From the NCBI GenBank assembly GCA_000002435.2, contig CM018793.1: DNA of 64,000 nucleotides, one strand, 5' to 3'. A program made the position numbers and the translations under genes. Below the pieces are notes generated by a model. The model had not been told where the DNA came from and ran no database searches. It saw only the letters and a list, made by a program, of their open reading frames with translations. The DNA is from Giardia intestinalis (lineage: Eukaryota). Positions 12,001 to 21,099 of the stretch are shown here, in pieces. Position 1 is the stretch's first letter. Each line of letters begins with the position of its first letter.

Positions 12001-12322
12001 AGAGAAAGATGGGCTGGAAAATGTCGATAAAAAGAAATATCGTTCTAATATAGTAGTAAAACATCTCGGAGATAAAGACCCCAGCATTCTGCAGTAAGTT
12101 TAGAAACATGTATGTAATAATTGGAAGGTAGCTCAGTGTCACGATCGCAAAGAGCAGGGCGCTAGAGTAGGGATAGTGCACGGAGTCTTCGGAGCGTCTT
12201 GTGCGAAAGCTTAAAATTTGTCTTATCACCCGCGCATACCCAGCGATGTAAAATGCTAATGAGATGAATATCCACTCCTCAACTACCAGGCGCGCTATGC
12301 CGTGCGGCTCCAGCTCTGCCAT
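9014..12322 (-). CDS. large polytopic membrane protein, unknown function (1102 aa)
   Basis: ATG at 12322 with attatttatt just upstream. The first ~300 aa contain many hydrophobic helices (e.g. FISLAFYIAGY, LLFAIVTLSYLPIITYMFL, IFLFIDIFQPIFLCLLFTSFAF). The remaining ~800 aa look soluble. No family recognised. Confidence 0.65.
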   Translation of the reverse strand: MAELEPHGIARLVVEEWIFISLAFYIAGYARVIRQILSFRTRRSEDSVHYPYSSALLFAIVTLSYLPIITYMFLNLLQNAGVFISEMFYYYIRTIFLFIDIFQPIFLCLLFTSFAFSPVHATFYAKLCIPPLCVIYLLGLIYEFNSEPNYVSTSSGYTSNVLIHALSVVAVFNIIMTIFINCTVRSRFLKVLESTVTSRKCLYMLCQESTFTKWTENLLEVITVLNVKYLSVTLLTRFLTFLNVFLPVKVYQKIWIFAPLANLVTCTITFEPVVRPKMAARFCEILFNKRSRHLFNIYITQTGAGNQQLFFLTDAAAYQNEVAVATDTTQMKDILIRVYYAWFIKTPIFSTEIYNSVTETVISLLSLPHSDGDLQGYKKLFIRCLRDAEISVSHYISHILLEKYQRSRIGFMEYVYNTFFCLAKPCRSDKMAEDLITNVFALKRDAVETKEIVDTVTSNPYTIMHIPNIIALYLPAHEINYTPSGDIKPPLQYKSRFLVQETHQQLLALSIDLLNTDAITNSQKKLIRLYLKEMFMRQIQHQLFVRDQDIHLETIHYFFGHLIGKRNNASLRNPLLNKYDDRSRKETMNINNYLSDLRSSVTHIEQSIDNAVDAFLSGTFCARDSITDDGGHLSYSLVRDSFSADDMVRQAKIGQRVKVRGQYLACPTPQIPEKNYKTIEELSASEKAFLKSIIISRSKIVDTEHFIMKINEDVYSQYPHSFFSQGCEDYQDYTTGTLFPAKVSKNFKKMTNEAMASYWANIILNGSVSDEKLEAERPEKLEHTLYTFRSNVSNHKKLFRLLFSCIQYFELSHYKIPPQSLSDLCYKLTTNEVSSTYYCSSRSILVLRQVFIFLAMLQKGSHGLLSDAQILGLLLGAACSYFNHVAYTEDGVISSQQWLAGVYNDRSPIMNYTAASGWILMRESGVLINIPQSTCRIIRTVYINFLRAICKKALVSSYVHLLSEMEHPIKKDTVCDFSMRVCLLYAAIVAQSDQLSNKSNAIYLSLLNYAEKRHEEQILTYSLYTDESYLIRITPYMDLLPPTEYAKSLHVFSPPLDLIEQALVVIGNVLEVPVDSWLKDIEFLSKDLRSVGRLWANILLRK

Positions 12323-12489
12323 GCGCCTGCCAATAAATAATCGGCCAAAAAAGAGGACACAATAGATTAAAAAGTAATGTAAGTCAGGAAAAATGCATAA
12401 AAATTATGAAATGCCATGAACGCTAAAACATCATAGGCACCTTTCCGAGGAGCTAGAAGCTAGAGGAATGCACGGCTTGCACAGCCGGG

Positions 12490-13827
12490 TTATACGATGT
12501 TGCGCTTAAACTCCAAGCCATTGCGCAGCACCGAAATGAGATTGTTCAGCTTTCCTCGGTCAAATCTATTGTACTTATGTATAACATACTCGCTCTCTTT
12601 CACGGTGAGTACTCGCCCAGACACACCGTCTATGGTTGTTATATCTCCATATGTGGCGTCTATCAATTCAACAAAGTGGAATGCATACTCGCAAAGAGCT
12701 CTAGGGCTCACTTTTGCGAAATTTTTGGGCAGTAACGCACACTCCTCCAACGGCGCTTGTACCATTAGCGTGAACTCCCCAGCCTTCAGTTTGGCCACAA
12801 CAGTTTCTCGCTTGATTCTCTCGGCGGTTCTGGTGTTTCTTAAAACATTGGTAATGTGAAAGCATGAAAACGGCAACAGCATGCAACCAACAGCACCATG
12901 CATCAAGCAAGAGAGTACATGAATGGGGACGGAATTGATGAGCCAAAGTGCCATAAACTTAACAGATATCTTCTTAGACCAGGCTAGGCTCAGCACAGGG
13001 AGACCAGGAAGCGTTAGGACTCGATAAATGGTTAGAGCATTAATGAGCGCAGTGTTAATGAGTGCCACGGATGTAAAAAAGAGAAACCCGTTGAACCACA
13101 GAAGATTGTTTCTGCCTATGCAGCTATTAGTCCAGATGCAGTGGTGATCAAAGTCCAGCACACACCTTGAGCAAACGCCGCAGTGATGAGAACGAGGCGG
13201 TCGAGGAACCATGCATGTAGAGCATACTTTTCTGGGGTACAAAAAGGTGTCATATGCACTGTCGGACTCCAGGTCCGAAGCCTCCTTTCGGGCGTCAACC
13301 TCCGGGTCTGTCACACCAACAGAATTGTTAGCACCAGTGCTAGATTTATCTGGTGCCACGGTTCCAGGATCCAGCAGGCATGCCAGCGCAAAGGAGGTTG
13401 CTGATAAAATATTAAAGGCAGGTACACTGACCATACGAACCTTACCAACTATACTAACCTTACTAGGGCTAGACGAGTAGGGGGATAAATTTAAAAGCGC
13501 TCGGGTCCATTGATACGCGCCTTCCTCTCCACTTCTTTCTGGGATGATTACTGTTAGAGGTCCTAGAATAGTTTTGAAAAAAGAATACATGGACATGATG
13601 AAGAGCAGCCAATAGAAACATACGACAAAGCAGTTGCGTCGCTGAAATAAGAGCTGGTCAAGGTTCAGAACACACACACCCTTCCTATTTCTCTCTAAAC
13701 ACAAAAGACATTGCCTCAACCTATAGAGGCGCGACGTACGCGGTGCTGCAGCTGCAATGTTGCCAATAAGCACCCCGAACGCAAGAGATAACGGCGCTGC
13801 TATGACTAGAAAGACCAATATGGCCAT
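12490..13827 (-). CDS. DHHC-type protein S-palmitoyltransferase
   Basis: The Cys-rich domain CSTCMVPRPPRSHHCGVCSRCVLDFDHHCIWTNSCIGRNN (nt ~13102..13224) contains the DHHC catalytic motif and is flanked by transmembrane helices. Confidence 0.85.
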   Translation of the reverse strand: MAILVFLVIAAPLSLAFGVLIGNIAAAAPRTSRLYRLRQCLLCLERNRKGVCVLNLDQLLFQRRNCFVVCFYWLLFIMSMYSFFKTILGPLTVIIPERSGEEGAYQWTRALLNLSPYSSSPSKVSIVGKVRMVSVPAFNILSATSFALACLLDPGTVAPDKSSTGANNSVGVTDPEVDARKEASDLESDSAYDTFLYPRKVCSTCMVPRPPRSHHCGVCSRCVLDFDHHCIWTNSCIGRNNLLWFNGFLFFTSVALINTALINALTIYRVLTLPGLPVLSLAWSKKISVKFMALWLINSVPIHVLSCLMHGAVGCMLLPFSCFHITNVLRNTRTAERIKRETVVAKLKAGEFTLMVQAPLEECALLPKNFAKVSPRALCEYAFHFVELIDATYGDITTIDGVSGRVLTVKESEYVIHKYNRFDRGKLNNLISVLRNGLEFKRNIV

Positions 13828-13857
13828 CGAATTTTATACATTTATAAAAAGTAGAGA
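13828..13857. promoter_or_regulatory. 30-nt AT-rich bidirectional intergenic promoter region
   Basis: The divergent ATGs at 13827 (-) and 13858 (+) are separated only by cgaattttatacatttataaaaagtagaga. Confidence 0.5.
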
Positions 13858-16800
13858 ATGCCTCCAGATCCGAGCATGATCACAAAGCTTTTGCAGCAGG
13901 CCGAAGTGGCCTCGGCCCAGCTAGGAAGCACACAATCAAAGCTAAGTCTCAATAAAGCCACTAAGGTCTCAAAGCGGGCCACAACCACGATCACAACCAC
14001 GGCCACAGCAGTCCCCCCACCGGTGCTTCCAGAAGAGGAGGAGCACGGCGATGTCATGACATCAACGATGGAGCACCTTCTGCGAAACCGGGGATATGAG
14101 TATCTCACTGAACAGAATGAGTTAGCCCAAAAGAGCAAAGAGGACGCCCGCATTCTAGTTGAGCAAGGGGCGAAGGAGTTTTTCTATGGCAAAGATCTTC
14201 CGCCGATCAGCTTAACGCAAGACCCGGAACGCTACGTCAACAAGGTTTTATCAGATAACTCAGCGTTTTACTCGAACATCAGAGAGTCGTCTATCACCAA
14301 CAAAGGCAACACTAAACCAGGCTGCACTTTAGAGAACACTGTAAGGAAATGCAGCTCTGTTTTATCTGATGCATCGAGCAACCCTGACACAGTCTCAGCG
14401 AGCGGCACAACAGGATCTACTCATACAGGAAGGGCTTCTAAAGAACCAGGCGCAGTCAGGCAACGCAATCATCGCACACTCGCTACGTCTCTTAATATCG
14501 TACAGAAACTGCTTAACGAACCAGTCACTCGAAAGCAGTCTATATTTACACTTTCTCAGCGCCACTTCCTCACAGCAGACTTCCTCATGGGCGACATAAT
14601 CGATGCTTTAGCATCTGACTCCCGTGAGATGCGAGGTGCAATGGAGATGGCCAGGAAGATCTACACCTCAGCTTATTCAGATAACAAGTGTGGAGACTTT
14701 CTGCTGTCGGCGGAAATAGTACGCCTGAAGCAGGAGTTACACGAAACAAAAATAGCATTAGAAAAGCAGAGACAACGGGCAATTGTCTTGCTCACAGCCA
14801 TGGATGACCGGCGCAAGCTGGACCAAAAGAGAGCAGAAGAAACCGTCAAGAAGGTGGAGGAGCAGAGGGCCATAGAGGTCAATGCTGCAATGCAGCGGAC
14901 TCGTGACTACGGTGAGCAGGTGCGTATACTGCGGGCTGTCATTGAAGCAATTAAAAATGACCAGCAAGTGAAGGAAGTAGAGACCCTCAAGCAGAACCTG
15001 GATTCCTCGCGTGCGCTTACCAGGGAGTTGGAAGGCAAAAACGTGCAGCTCATGGAATCTCTTCAAACACTGCAGGCAGCGTACAGCGATCTTCAGATGG
15101 AGCATCAAGAGGCTGGAGCTGTAATAATGCAGCTGAGAGCAGAGCTAAAGGCTGCTAACAACGAGAGGGAGTACTGTAAGGGTTGTTCGAGTAGGATCAT
15201 AGAGAGGTCCAAATACGTCGGTTCTGAGATAACTAATCGCGTAGAGAGGCTGGAAGCTGTCAGTGCCATACTCTCTGGACTGCAGGTCAATAAGGAAAAG
15301 CTTCAGATGTCTATTGATAACCCAGGAGTGTCAGAGTATCTCTACGAAAAAGAGAAAGTAGTGTCTTCCTTCTTCGATGATTTAAGGGCAGCGGAGAAAG
15401 AGAAGCTGCACCTCCTGCAGCAGGAGCCGCCTGATGCTCAAGCCGAGCATCCCGAAGGACAGAACAAAGGGGCCTCTGTCGTCGACAGAGTAGACGAGTC
15501 GTATTACCTTATTGATCTCAGCAAGTTGGCACGCTCACTCTGTCTTATAGAAATGCGCCTGGAAGCGGCGCCAAAGCTTCAGCAGTTAGACGATGAAATA
15601 ACTGCTCTGCGGTACGAAAACAACAGGCTCAAGAACGTTGAGCAAGAGCTCACCGAGCTAAGGAAGGTATACCGATCTGTTATTTCTCGCACCCAGGCTA
15701 TAGAGCCCAAGGCTTCGGGTGCTGACACAGAAGCGGACCCCAAGGGGGACTCTACAAAGGAAACTCAGGGCGCTTCAGCCGGAAAGATAGAGGGGTCGCA
15801 CTTAGCATCAGCTCAGAACCAAGGTATCTACGAGAACTCTGTGACTCTTCTGCGCGAGCAGCCCTTGCAACTGCTTATATCTAAAAATTTCAAGATACAG
15901 CTAGTAGAAAGAGAAGACAGAGACAAGGAGGGATCAGAGCTTACAACAACACCAAACTACGTCTCCGCGGTTATTTTGAGCTTTCTCCGACACCTCTGCA
16001 TGTCCTCTTTCACATCAGATACGTCGATGTGCCGCCAGCTGACCGGGCGGTGCATGCCAAAAGCCGATGGCACACCCTATCCAACGACTTATCCCATACA
16101 GGCACTCTTTACGGGCTGGGTTCATGCGCAGTATCACATCGTTCCAGAAGATAGGAGGCAGTTTGAGGTCGAGCTACTTGTCAACAAGGTTTCTTGCTGT
16201 CTACAAGCCTTTCAATCTCTCACATCAGACATCTTTATTGAAGACGAGTCAATGCTGCTCTCCCTCGGCTCCCTACTATTAAACACCTCCATCAGCGCAG
16301 ACGAGGTGAGTTTCTTGATATACATTACCATTCTAACACACGGTGGCCTTCCAGACGCCCACCCTGTGCTTCTCCCTCACCTGGAGAAAGACGTAAAGAT
16401 AACCACAGCGTACATCTCCCTAAAACGAGCAATTAATATTATTCTTGCTACTGTCTCCAAAACTATTCAGAAGGGCTTTATCGAGTTCTTTATCCATCAA
16501 GGCCGGTCGACATCGCTGATAAAAGACGTCACGCTGGCCGACATCTCCTCTGGGAGGGTCTTCGTGGTCGACGTATACGAAAACCTGGATGGGGATGACC
16601 TTTATGACGCGGACATTCGTGAGATTTTTGCAGCCAACAAGGACTACTTCAGCGATACTGGAGCGGCGTCCTCCGCTACCGTTGGACTTTCCTCAAGTGT
16701 GGCATCACCCATCAAGAACCTACGGAACCGTGACGATCTAACACGAGTCTCCATCATTAACGCAAACTTCTTTTTGCTGTCCATGCTCAAGGCCTACCGG

Positions 16801-17664
16801 ACAGAGGTTATGACGCGCCTTGAAGCTACCAGACTGATGTATGCGGGAAGTCTTCTGGAGACCTCTACATTGTTGCGCTCTTCTAAGATGACCGCTCTTC
16901 CGGACACCATGAAATTCAGGATTGTGAGGGAGATAATAAGGATGATTAACCCCATCTGTGACGATAGCATGATTGATGCTGCTTATTTGGATGTCATTTG
17001 GAGGAGCCCGAGCGCCAACTGGAGCATCCTTGTCGACGCGTGCAAAACACGTGGCGTGTTTGCAAGCGCATTGAAGTTCCCGCCCATCGAGGTCATGATG
17101 CCTTTGGTGGGAGGCTACTATACAGGTGCTACAAACCCTGGGCTGTCATCTAACCCGGGTGTTGCTCCAGCAAGCATAGCGGCGTATGCAAATGACTACG
17201 ATACTATACTAAGCCAAGCAAGAAGCCTTTTTGACAAAGCAAAAGTGGCCCTTCTGCACCTGTCCAGCGCAATGGGAACGGAATCGGCTGTTTGCACCAG
17301 GTCCATTATTCAGGAAGTATCAAACATAGAGAGGACAGCGCTTACGTTTGACAATTTAGGCCTTGTCATTAGTGCCCTCAAAGCAACCCTGCTCTATGCA
17401 GTAGAGCTATCCTTCTCCGTCATTTCTGCCTGTGGAAGAGACTATGGAATAGAGTCTCTGTCTGTGCGTAAATCCCTTGCAGAAGGCAAGGGCGTGTCTC
17501 TTCGCAAGGTGGCCCGACAGCCGACAGAGATATGGATCGACAGCCTTTATTACCTCACAGGGGCCCTTGCAGCCTCCTTGGGGTGGGAGACGGACTCCGG
17601 CATGTGCGTGGCGAGCATGTCTATGAAACGGAAGCTATCATCTCGTGGAGAGTCGCGGGCGTAG
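13858..17664 (+). CDS. large coiled-coil protein, unknown function (1268 aa)
   Basis: ATG at 13858. Residues ~290-620 are heptad-like and E/K/Q/L-rich (e.g. LKQELHETKIALEKQRQRA, LTELRKVYRS). No enzymatic motif seen. Confidence 0.65.
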   Translation: MPPDPSMITKLLQQAEVASAQLGSTQSKLSLNKATKVSKRATTTITTTATAVPPPVLPEEEEHGDVMTSTMEHLLRNRGYEYLTEQNELAQKSKEDARILVEQGAKEFFYGKDLPPISLTQDPERYVNKVLSDNSAFYSNIRESSITNKGNTKPGCTLENTVRKCSSVLSDASSNPDTVSASGTTGSTHTGRASKEPGAVRQRNHRTLATSLNIVQKLLNEPVTRKQSIFTLSQRHFLTADFLMGDIIDALASDSREMRGAMEMARKIYTSAYSDNKCGDFLLSAEIVRLKQELHETKIALEKQRQRAIVLLTAMDDRRKLDQKRAEETVKKVEEQRAIEVNAAMQRTRDYGEQVRILRAVIEAIKNDQQVKEVETLKQNLDSSRALTRELEGKNVQLMESLQTLQAAYSDLQMEHQEAGAVIMQLRAELKAANNEREYCKGCSSRIIERSKYVGSEITNRVERLEAVSAILSGLQVNKEKLQMSIDNPGVSEYLYEKEKVVSSFFDDLRAAEKEKLHLLQQEPPDAQAEHPEGQNKGASVVDRVDESYYLIDLSKLARSLCLIEMRLEAAPKLQQLDDEITALRYENNRLKNVEQELTELRKVYRSVISRTQAIEPKASGADTEADPKGDSTKETQGASAGKIEGSHLASAQNQGIYENSVTLLREQPLQLLISKNFKIQLVEREDRDKEGSELTTTPNYVSAVILSFLRHLCMSSFTSDTSMCRQLTGRCMPKADGTPYPTTYPIQALFTGWVHAQYHIVPEDRRQFEVELLVNKVSCCLQAFQSLTSDIFIEDESMLLSLGSLLLNTSISADEVSFLIYITILTHGGLPDAHPVLLPHLEKDVKITTAYISLKRAINIILATVSKTIQKGFIEFFIHQGRSTSLIKDVTLADISSGRVFVVDVYENLDGDDLYDADIREIFAANKDYFSDTGAASSATVGLSSSVASPIKNLRNRDDLTRVSIINANFFLLSMLKAYRTEVMTRLEATRLMYAGSLLETSTLLRSSKMTALPDTMKFRIVREIIRMINPICDDSMIDAAYLDVIWRSPSANWSILVDACKTRGVFASALKFPPIEVMMPLVGGYYTGATNPGLSSNPGVAPASIAAYANDYDTILSQARSLFDKAKVALLHLSSAMGTESAVCTRSIIQEVSNIERTALTFDNLGLVISALKATLLYAVELSFSVISACGRDYGIESLSVRKSLAEGKGVSLRKVARQPTEIWIDSLYYLTGALAASLGWETDSGMCVASMSMKRKLSSRGESRA

Positions 17665-17672
17665 CGGGGACG

Positions 17673-17679
17673 GTTTACT
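17673..17679 (-). terminator. poly(A) signal AGTAAAC of the ribosomal protein gene
   Basis: The reverse complement of gtttact is agtaaac, 4 nt after the TAG of the minus-strand gene. It matches the Giardia AGTRAAY consensus and lies in the 18-nt gap between the two convergent stops. Confidence 0.6.
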
Positions 17680-17682
17680 TGC

Positions 17683-18411
17683 CTAGTCAGCGAGGGACAT
17701 GGTACGGATGTCCTGGACATGGTCGAGCTGTTCTTTTTTCCACAGGTCAGGCGTAAGAATGGAGTAGGAGCTTTTCAGGGCGTTGTAAACGGCCCCCACC
17801 GAGTTCATCAGCGTTCTTGAGTGGCCACTCTGCCTCGTGAAGACATCGGATACGCCCGCGAACTCAAGGACTTTTGCAACCGTGGGGGACGCCACAATGC
17901 CTGCGCCGCGGGGCGCGGGAATAAGACGGACCCGGACGGAGCCGCACTTACCTGAGAGCTTCGACGACACCGTATGAGGATCTCCAAGCTTTCCGCCCCA
18001 GAAGCCGCGCCTGACGGGAACGATGTTGAGCCTGGCGTTCTTTGCCGCCTTCTTGATGGCATTCGCCACCTCCTTGGAGACACCTGCTCCATAGCCGATG
18101 AATCCGTCACGGTTCCCGACTATCACATGAGCACGGAACCTCGTACGCTGCCCGGCTGTGGTCTGCTTCTGGACAGACATGATATTGCACACCTCCTCCG
18201 CAAGCTCGCTCTTCGGAAAGAAGTAGTCAATGATCTCTGTCTCCTTGATGGGGAGAGAATACTTGAAAATGTCATAAAGGGACTCTATCTTTCCTGCCTT
18301 CACCAAGCGGCCGAGTTTCGTGGACGGATGCCACTCTTCCTCCTCCATCTGACGAGGTCCGCGCTCACCGCGCTCTGGTCGTTCTGGCCTGGGAGCACTT
18401 TCAGCCTGCAT
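17683..18411 (-). CDS. RPS2: 40S ribosomal protein S2 (uS5)
   Basis: R/E/G-rich N-terminus, then WHPSTKLGRLVKAGKI, QKQTTAGQRTRFRAHVIVGNRDGFIGYGAGVSKEVANAIKKA and RLIPAPRGAGIVASPTVAKVLEFAGV, the conserved uS5 core. Confidence 0.9.
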   Translation of the reverse strand: MQAESAPRPERPERGERGPRQMEEEEWHPSTKLGRLVKAGKIESLYDIFKYSLPIKETEIIDYFFPKSELAEEVCNIMSVQKQTTAGQRTRFRAHVIVGNRDGFIGYGAGVSKEVANAIKKAAKNARLNIVPVRRGFWGGKLGDPHTVSSKLSGKCGSVRVRLIPAPRGAGIVASPTVAKVLEFAGVSDVFTRQSGHSRTLMNSVGAVYNALKSSYSILTPDLWKKEQLDHVQDIRTMSLAD

Positions 18412-18539
18412 GCTACGCCATGGACGTTAGTTTTGGGCTACAAAGTCAAATCAAAATTAGAACGTTTTTTTAATCGCTGGTCAGAAAAGTGGACGAAATT
18501 TGAAAAGTGTGCACCTCTAATTTCAGTGTAATAATTGCA

Positions 18540-20177
18540 ATGAGCACAAGGGACCGAGAGGCGGAGGAGGCTCTTTACAAGGACGTGTTTGGGGAGTCTG
18601 AGCTCCTGGACTTGTGCTCGGACAACAGGGCTCTGCAGGAGGGGTCTGTGCACGCGTCTCCCGGGGCATCTCCTCAATCTGGGGACGGGCGATCCGAAGC
18701 GTCTGGTTCAGTCCTCTCCGACGACTCCTTTTTTGATGACGAAGATGTCGATAAGACGGAAGAACAGAATATTCGCAATCAAAAGGCACGAGGTCTTTCC
18801 TGGGCCGTTGAACGGGCAGAGGACGATGAGTTTCGAAAAAGACTGGATGAGCTAGCCCGGGAAGAAGCTATCAATGTATTATCTTTGGGGACAGAACCCA
18901 ATCTAAAAAGGACCGTATTAAGCCAATTGGGTCCTTCTAGTCAACTGGAGTTAAAGCGGCTCTCACCACTCACAGTTTCTGATTGTCCTATGCACAAGGT
19001 AACGTCGATTCACGTGCACCCCAATGGAAGACTAGCGATTGTCTCTTCGCTGGACAATAGGCTCCGTCTCTTCGAGATAGACGACCCTACAAACCCACTT
19101 GTCAGCTCCTTCCTATTCACGCAGGTTACCCCCACATCTGCCTTCTTTTCAGACAACTACCGGTGGCTGGTGATTACTGGCAATACAAACTTTTATCACC
19201 TTTTTGATTTAGAGACGGGGACTGATGTCAAGCGCAGGCTTCCCTTGCGAAAGCGGCACCTCAAAGATGCTAGCTTGGACTATTATCTCAAAGGGAGGAA
19301 CCGTGAAGTCCTAGTTCTCTCCATGCAGAGCTCCATTCCAGGATGGCCAGGGAGTTCGCTTATATTTTTCAGCGAGTGCAGTGGTGCTGCAAATTATAGC
19401 AGGGTGAACAATTTGGCACACAGAAATGTTGACCCTGGGAAAACAAACGGCATAAAGGCAGGCTATGGGCCCCCAGACGCACAATCGGAGACCAGAGAGA
19501 CAGACAGATACACCTTTGTTTATGGCTTACACTTAGAGACCAACTCATATGCCTATAAGCTGCAATTCCCCTTTGCTACAACGGGTCTTATACGACTCAT
19601 AAGTCCGTCTAACATGTCCCTGGCGCGGATATCGGGCCACACAAATGAGCACCCTATCCTGGTGGTTTCGGGGCGGGGACATGGTAACATTGCCTTGGTC
19701 GAGTTCGATGCATCGAATTTCTACTCGGTGAAGGATCCTATAATCTTCGGTGACGACTCCTTCAATATCACGGCTATGGCGGCCAGCCAAGTGCATATTG
19801 CTACGGGCGATGAGCACGGCTTCATCAACATCTATCGCATCTCAGACGTTTACTCAGCTAGTTCCACCAATAGTTCCTTAGAGCAGGACGCCTCCTCCAT
19901 CTATCGGCGGCCTCTGCGCGTTGCCCCATTATACGTCATTAAGAACATCGTCACTGAGATTATTTCCATGGAATTCAATCCGACCGGAGAAATACTAGTG
20001 GTGGCTTCTCAAGCCAACGAGACTCGCTTTATCAATCTTCACACTGGCAAGGTCTTCGACATTCAAAAGCCCCCCAGTGGTGCGTGCACGTTCGCCTTCA
20101 CTCCGGATCTCAGTAGGGTCTTTTGCGGGAGCCGACGGGGTGTGGTGGACACTTATGAACTAGTGGCTTCAAGTTGA
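18540..20177 (+). CDS. UTP18: U3 snoRNP / SSU processome WD-repeat protein UTP18-like
   Basis: The first ATG is at 18540 (the track start 18507 is non-ATG). EEALYKDVFGE, SFFDDEDVD, IHVHPNGRLAIVSSLDNRLRLFEID, GDEHGFINIYR and MEFNPTGEILVVASQ...INLHTGKVF follow the same order as the yeast Utp18 blocks as I recall them. Confidence 0.7.
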   Translation: MSTRDREAEEALYKDVFGESELLDLCSDNRALQEGSVHASPGASPQSGDGRSEASGSVLSDDSFFDDEDVDKTEEQNIRNQKARGLSWAVERAEDDEFRKRLDELAREEAINVLSLGTEPNLKRTVLSQLGPSSQLELKRLSPLTVSDCPMHKVTSIHVHPNGRLAIVSSLDNRLRLFEIDDPTNPLVSSFLFTQVTPTSAFFSDNYRWLVITGNTNFYHLFDLETGTDVKRRLPLRKRHLKDASLDYYLKGRNREVLVLSMQSSIPGWPGSSLIFFSECSGAANYSRVNNLAHRNVDPGKTNGIKAGYGPPDAQSETRETDRYTFVYGLHLETNSYAYKLQFPFATTGLIRLISPSNMSLARISGHTNEHPILVVSGRGHGNIALVEFDASNFYSVKDPIIFGDDSFNITAMAASQVHIATGDEHGFINIYRISDVYSASSTNSSLEQDASSIYRRPLRVAPLYVIKNIVTEIISMEFNPTGEILVVASQANETRFINLHTGKVFDIQKPPSGACTFAFTPDLSRVFCGSRRGVVDTYELVASS

Positions 20178-20264
20178 TTTTCTTAGAGAGGTGACAGAGA
20201 AGGTGAATCTAACAGTGGTTTTACAGAGCGAAAAGACAGACGAGTAAATAGGTACACAAGTGAA

Positions 20265-20690
20265 TTAGAGGAGAGTGAGCGTGGCCCCGGCAAAGCCGAT
20301 TAGCATGTTGAGCAGCGCCTCGTTGACACTATATGGCCTGTCTGCAATGAAAAGGGAGGCTTGCTTGGCGAGTCCAACAATGAAGATGAATGCACCCGTG
20401 AGGCGCATAAAATTATGTGGGCCAAGGGCAGGCTTGCGAGGGATGATACAAGCTCGCAGAAGAGTCCAGACAAAAAGAAGAATAGTTGCTGAAAGAAACA
20501 GAGTCGTTAGTAATGGATTGGGGAAGCTGTGAATCATCAGGCTGTTGCGTAGTATCTTTGGGAAGAGCGGCACCTCCTCTCCACGAGCAAAGTAGTCAAT
20601 GCGAAGGTTAGTCACCATAAGTGCGTATGGGTTCGCTGTTTGCTTTTTTCCAGGAAAACAAACCAATTTACAATGAAAGCTGGGGTGCAT
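20265..20690 (-). CDS. small membrane protein, unknown function
   Basis: Two or three hydrophobic segments (LLTTLFLSATILLFVWTLL, LTGAFIFIVGLA, MLIGFAGATLTLL). The start is uncertain: track start 20699 is GTG, and ATGs occur at 20690 and 20618. Confidence 0.4.
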   Translation of the reverse strand: MHPSFHCKLVCFPGKKQTANPYALMVTNLRIDYFARGEEVPLFPKILRNSLMIHSFPNPLLTTLFLSATILLFVWTLLRACIIPRKPALGPHNFMRLTGAFIFIVGLAKQASLFIADRPYSVNEALLNMLIGFAGATLTLL

Positions 20691-20732
20691 GCCACACACA
20701 AGCCATACGAGACACGGTGGAAGGCAGCATAA

Positions 20733-21074
20733 TTAGACATGCTTATAGCGTAGATATTCTGTTAAGAAAACCATAAGACGCTTTGTGAAGAGTAAGCACA
20801 CACAGAAAACTGCCAAAACTACTAGAAGGACCATATTCCGCTTATCGGACCGCCGCTTGGCCGCTGTATCTTCGAAGTATTTCTCTAGTTCAGTAAGATC
20901 CTTCTCCCTCCTATCCATGAGCCGCTTTACAGTGTAGATACTCATCGTGAGATATTCCTTAAGATCCGAGTTCTCGGCCAGGACATTGAAAGAGCGCGTA
21001 GCTTGGCGATGAACATTTGCGTACAGCTGAGTGTTCGTCAGCTCCGACGGGACATCGCGCTTCTGTTGTTGCAT
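20733..21074 (-). CDS. tail-anchored coiled-coil protein (possible Sec20/SNARE-like)
   Basis: 113 aa. A helical segment (LKEYLTMSIYTVKRLMDRREKDLTELEKYFED) is followed by a basic linker and one C-terminal TM (MVLLVVLAVFCVCLLF). The family assignment is only a guess from architecture. Confidence 0.45.
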   Translation of the reverse strand: MQQQKRDVPSELTNTQLYANVHRQATRSFNVLAENSDLKEYLTMSIYTVKRLMDRREKDLTELEKYFEDTAAKRRSDKRNMVLLVVLAVFCVCLLFTKRLMVFLTEYLRYKHV

Positions 21075-21099
21075 TTGTAAATTTTGTCCTCATTAAAAA
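21075..21099. promoter_or_regulatory. 25-nt AT-rich bidirectional intergenic promoter region
   Basis: The divergent ATGs at 21074 (-) and 21100 (+) are separated only by ttgtaaattttgtcctcattaaaaa. Confidence 0.5.
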
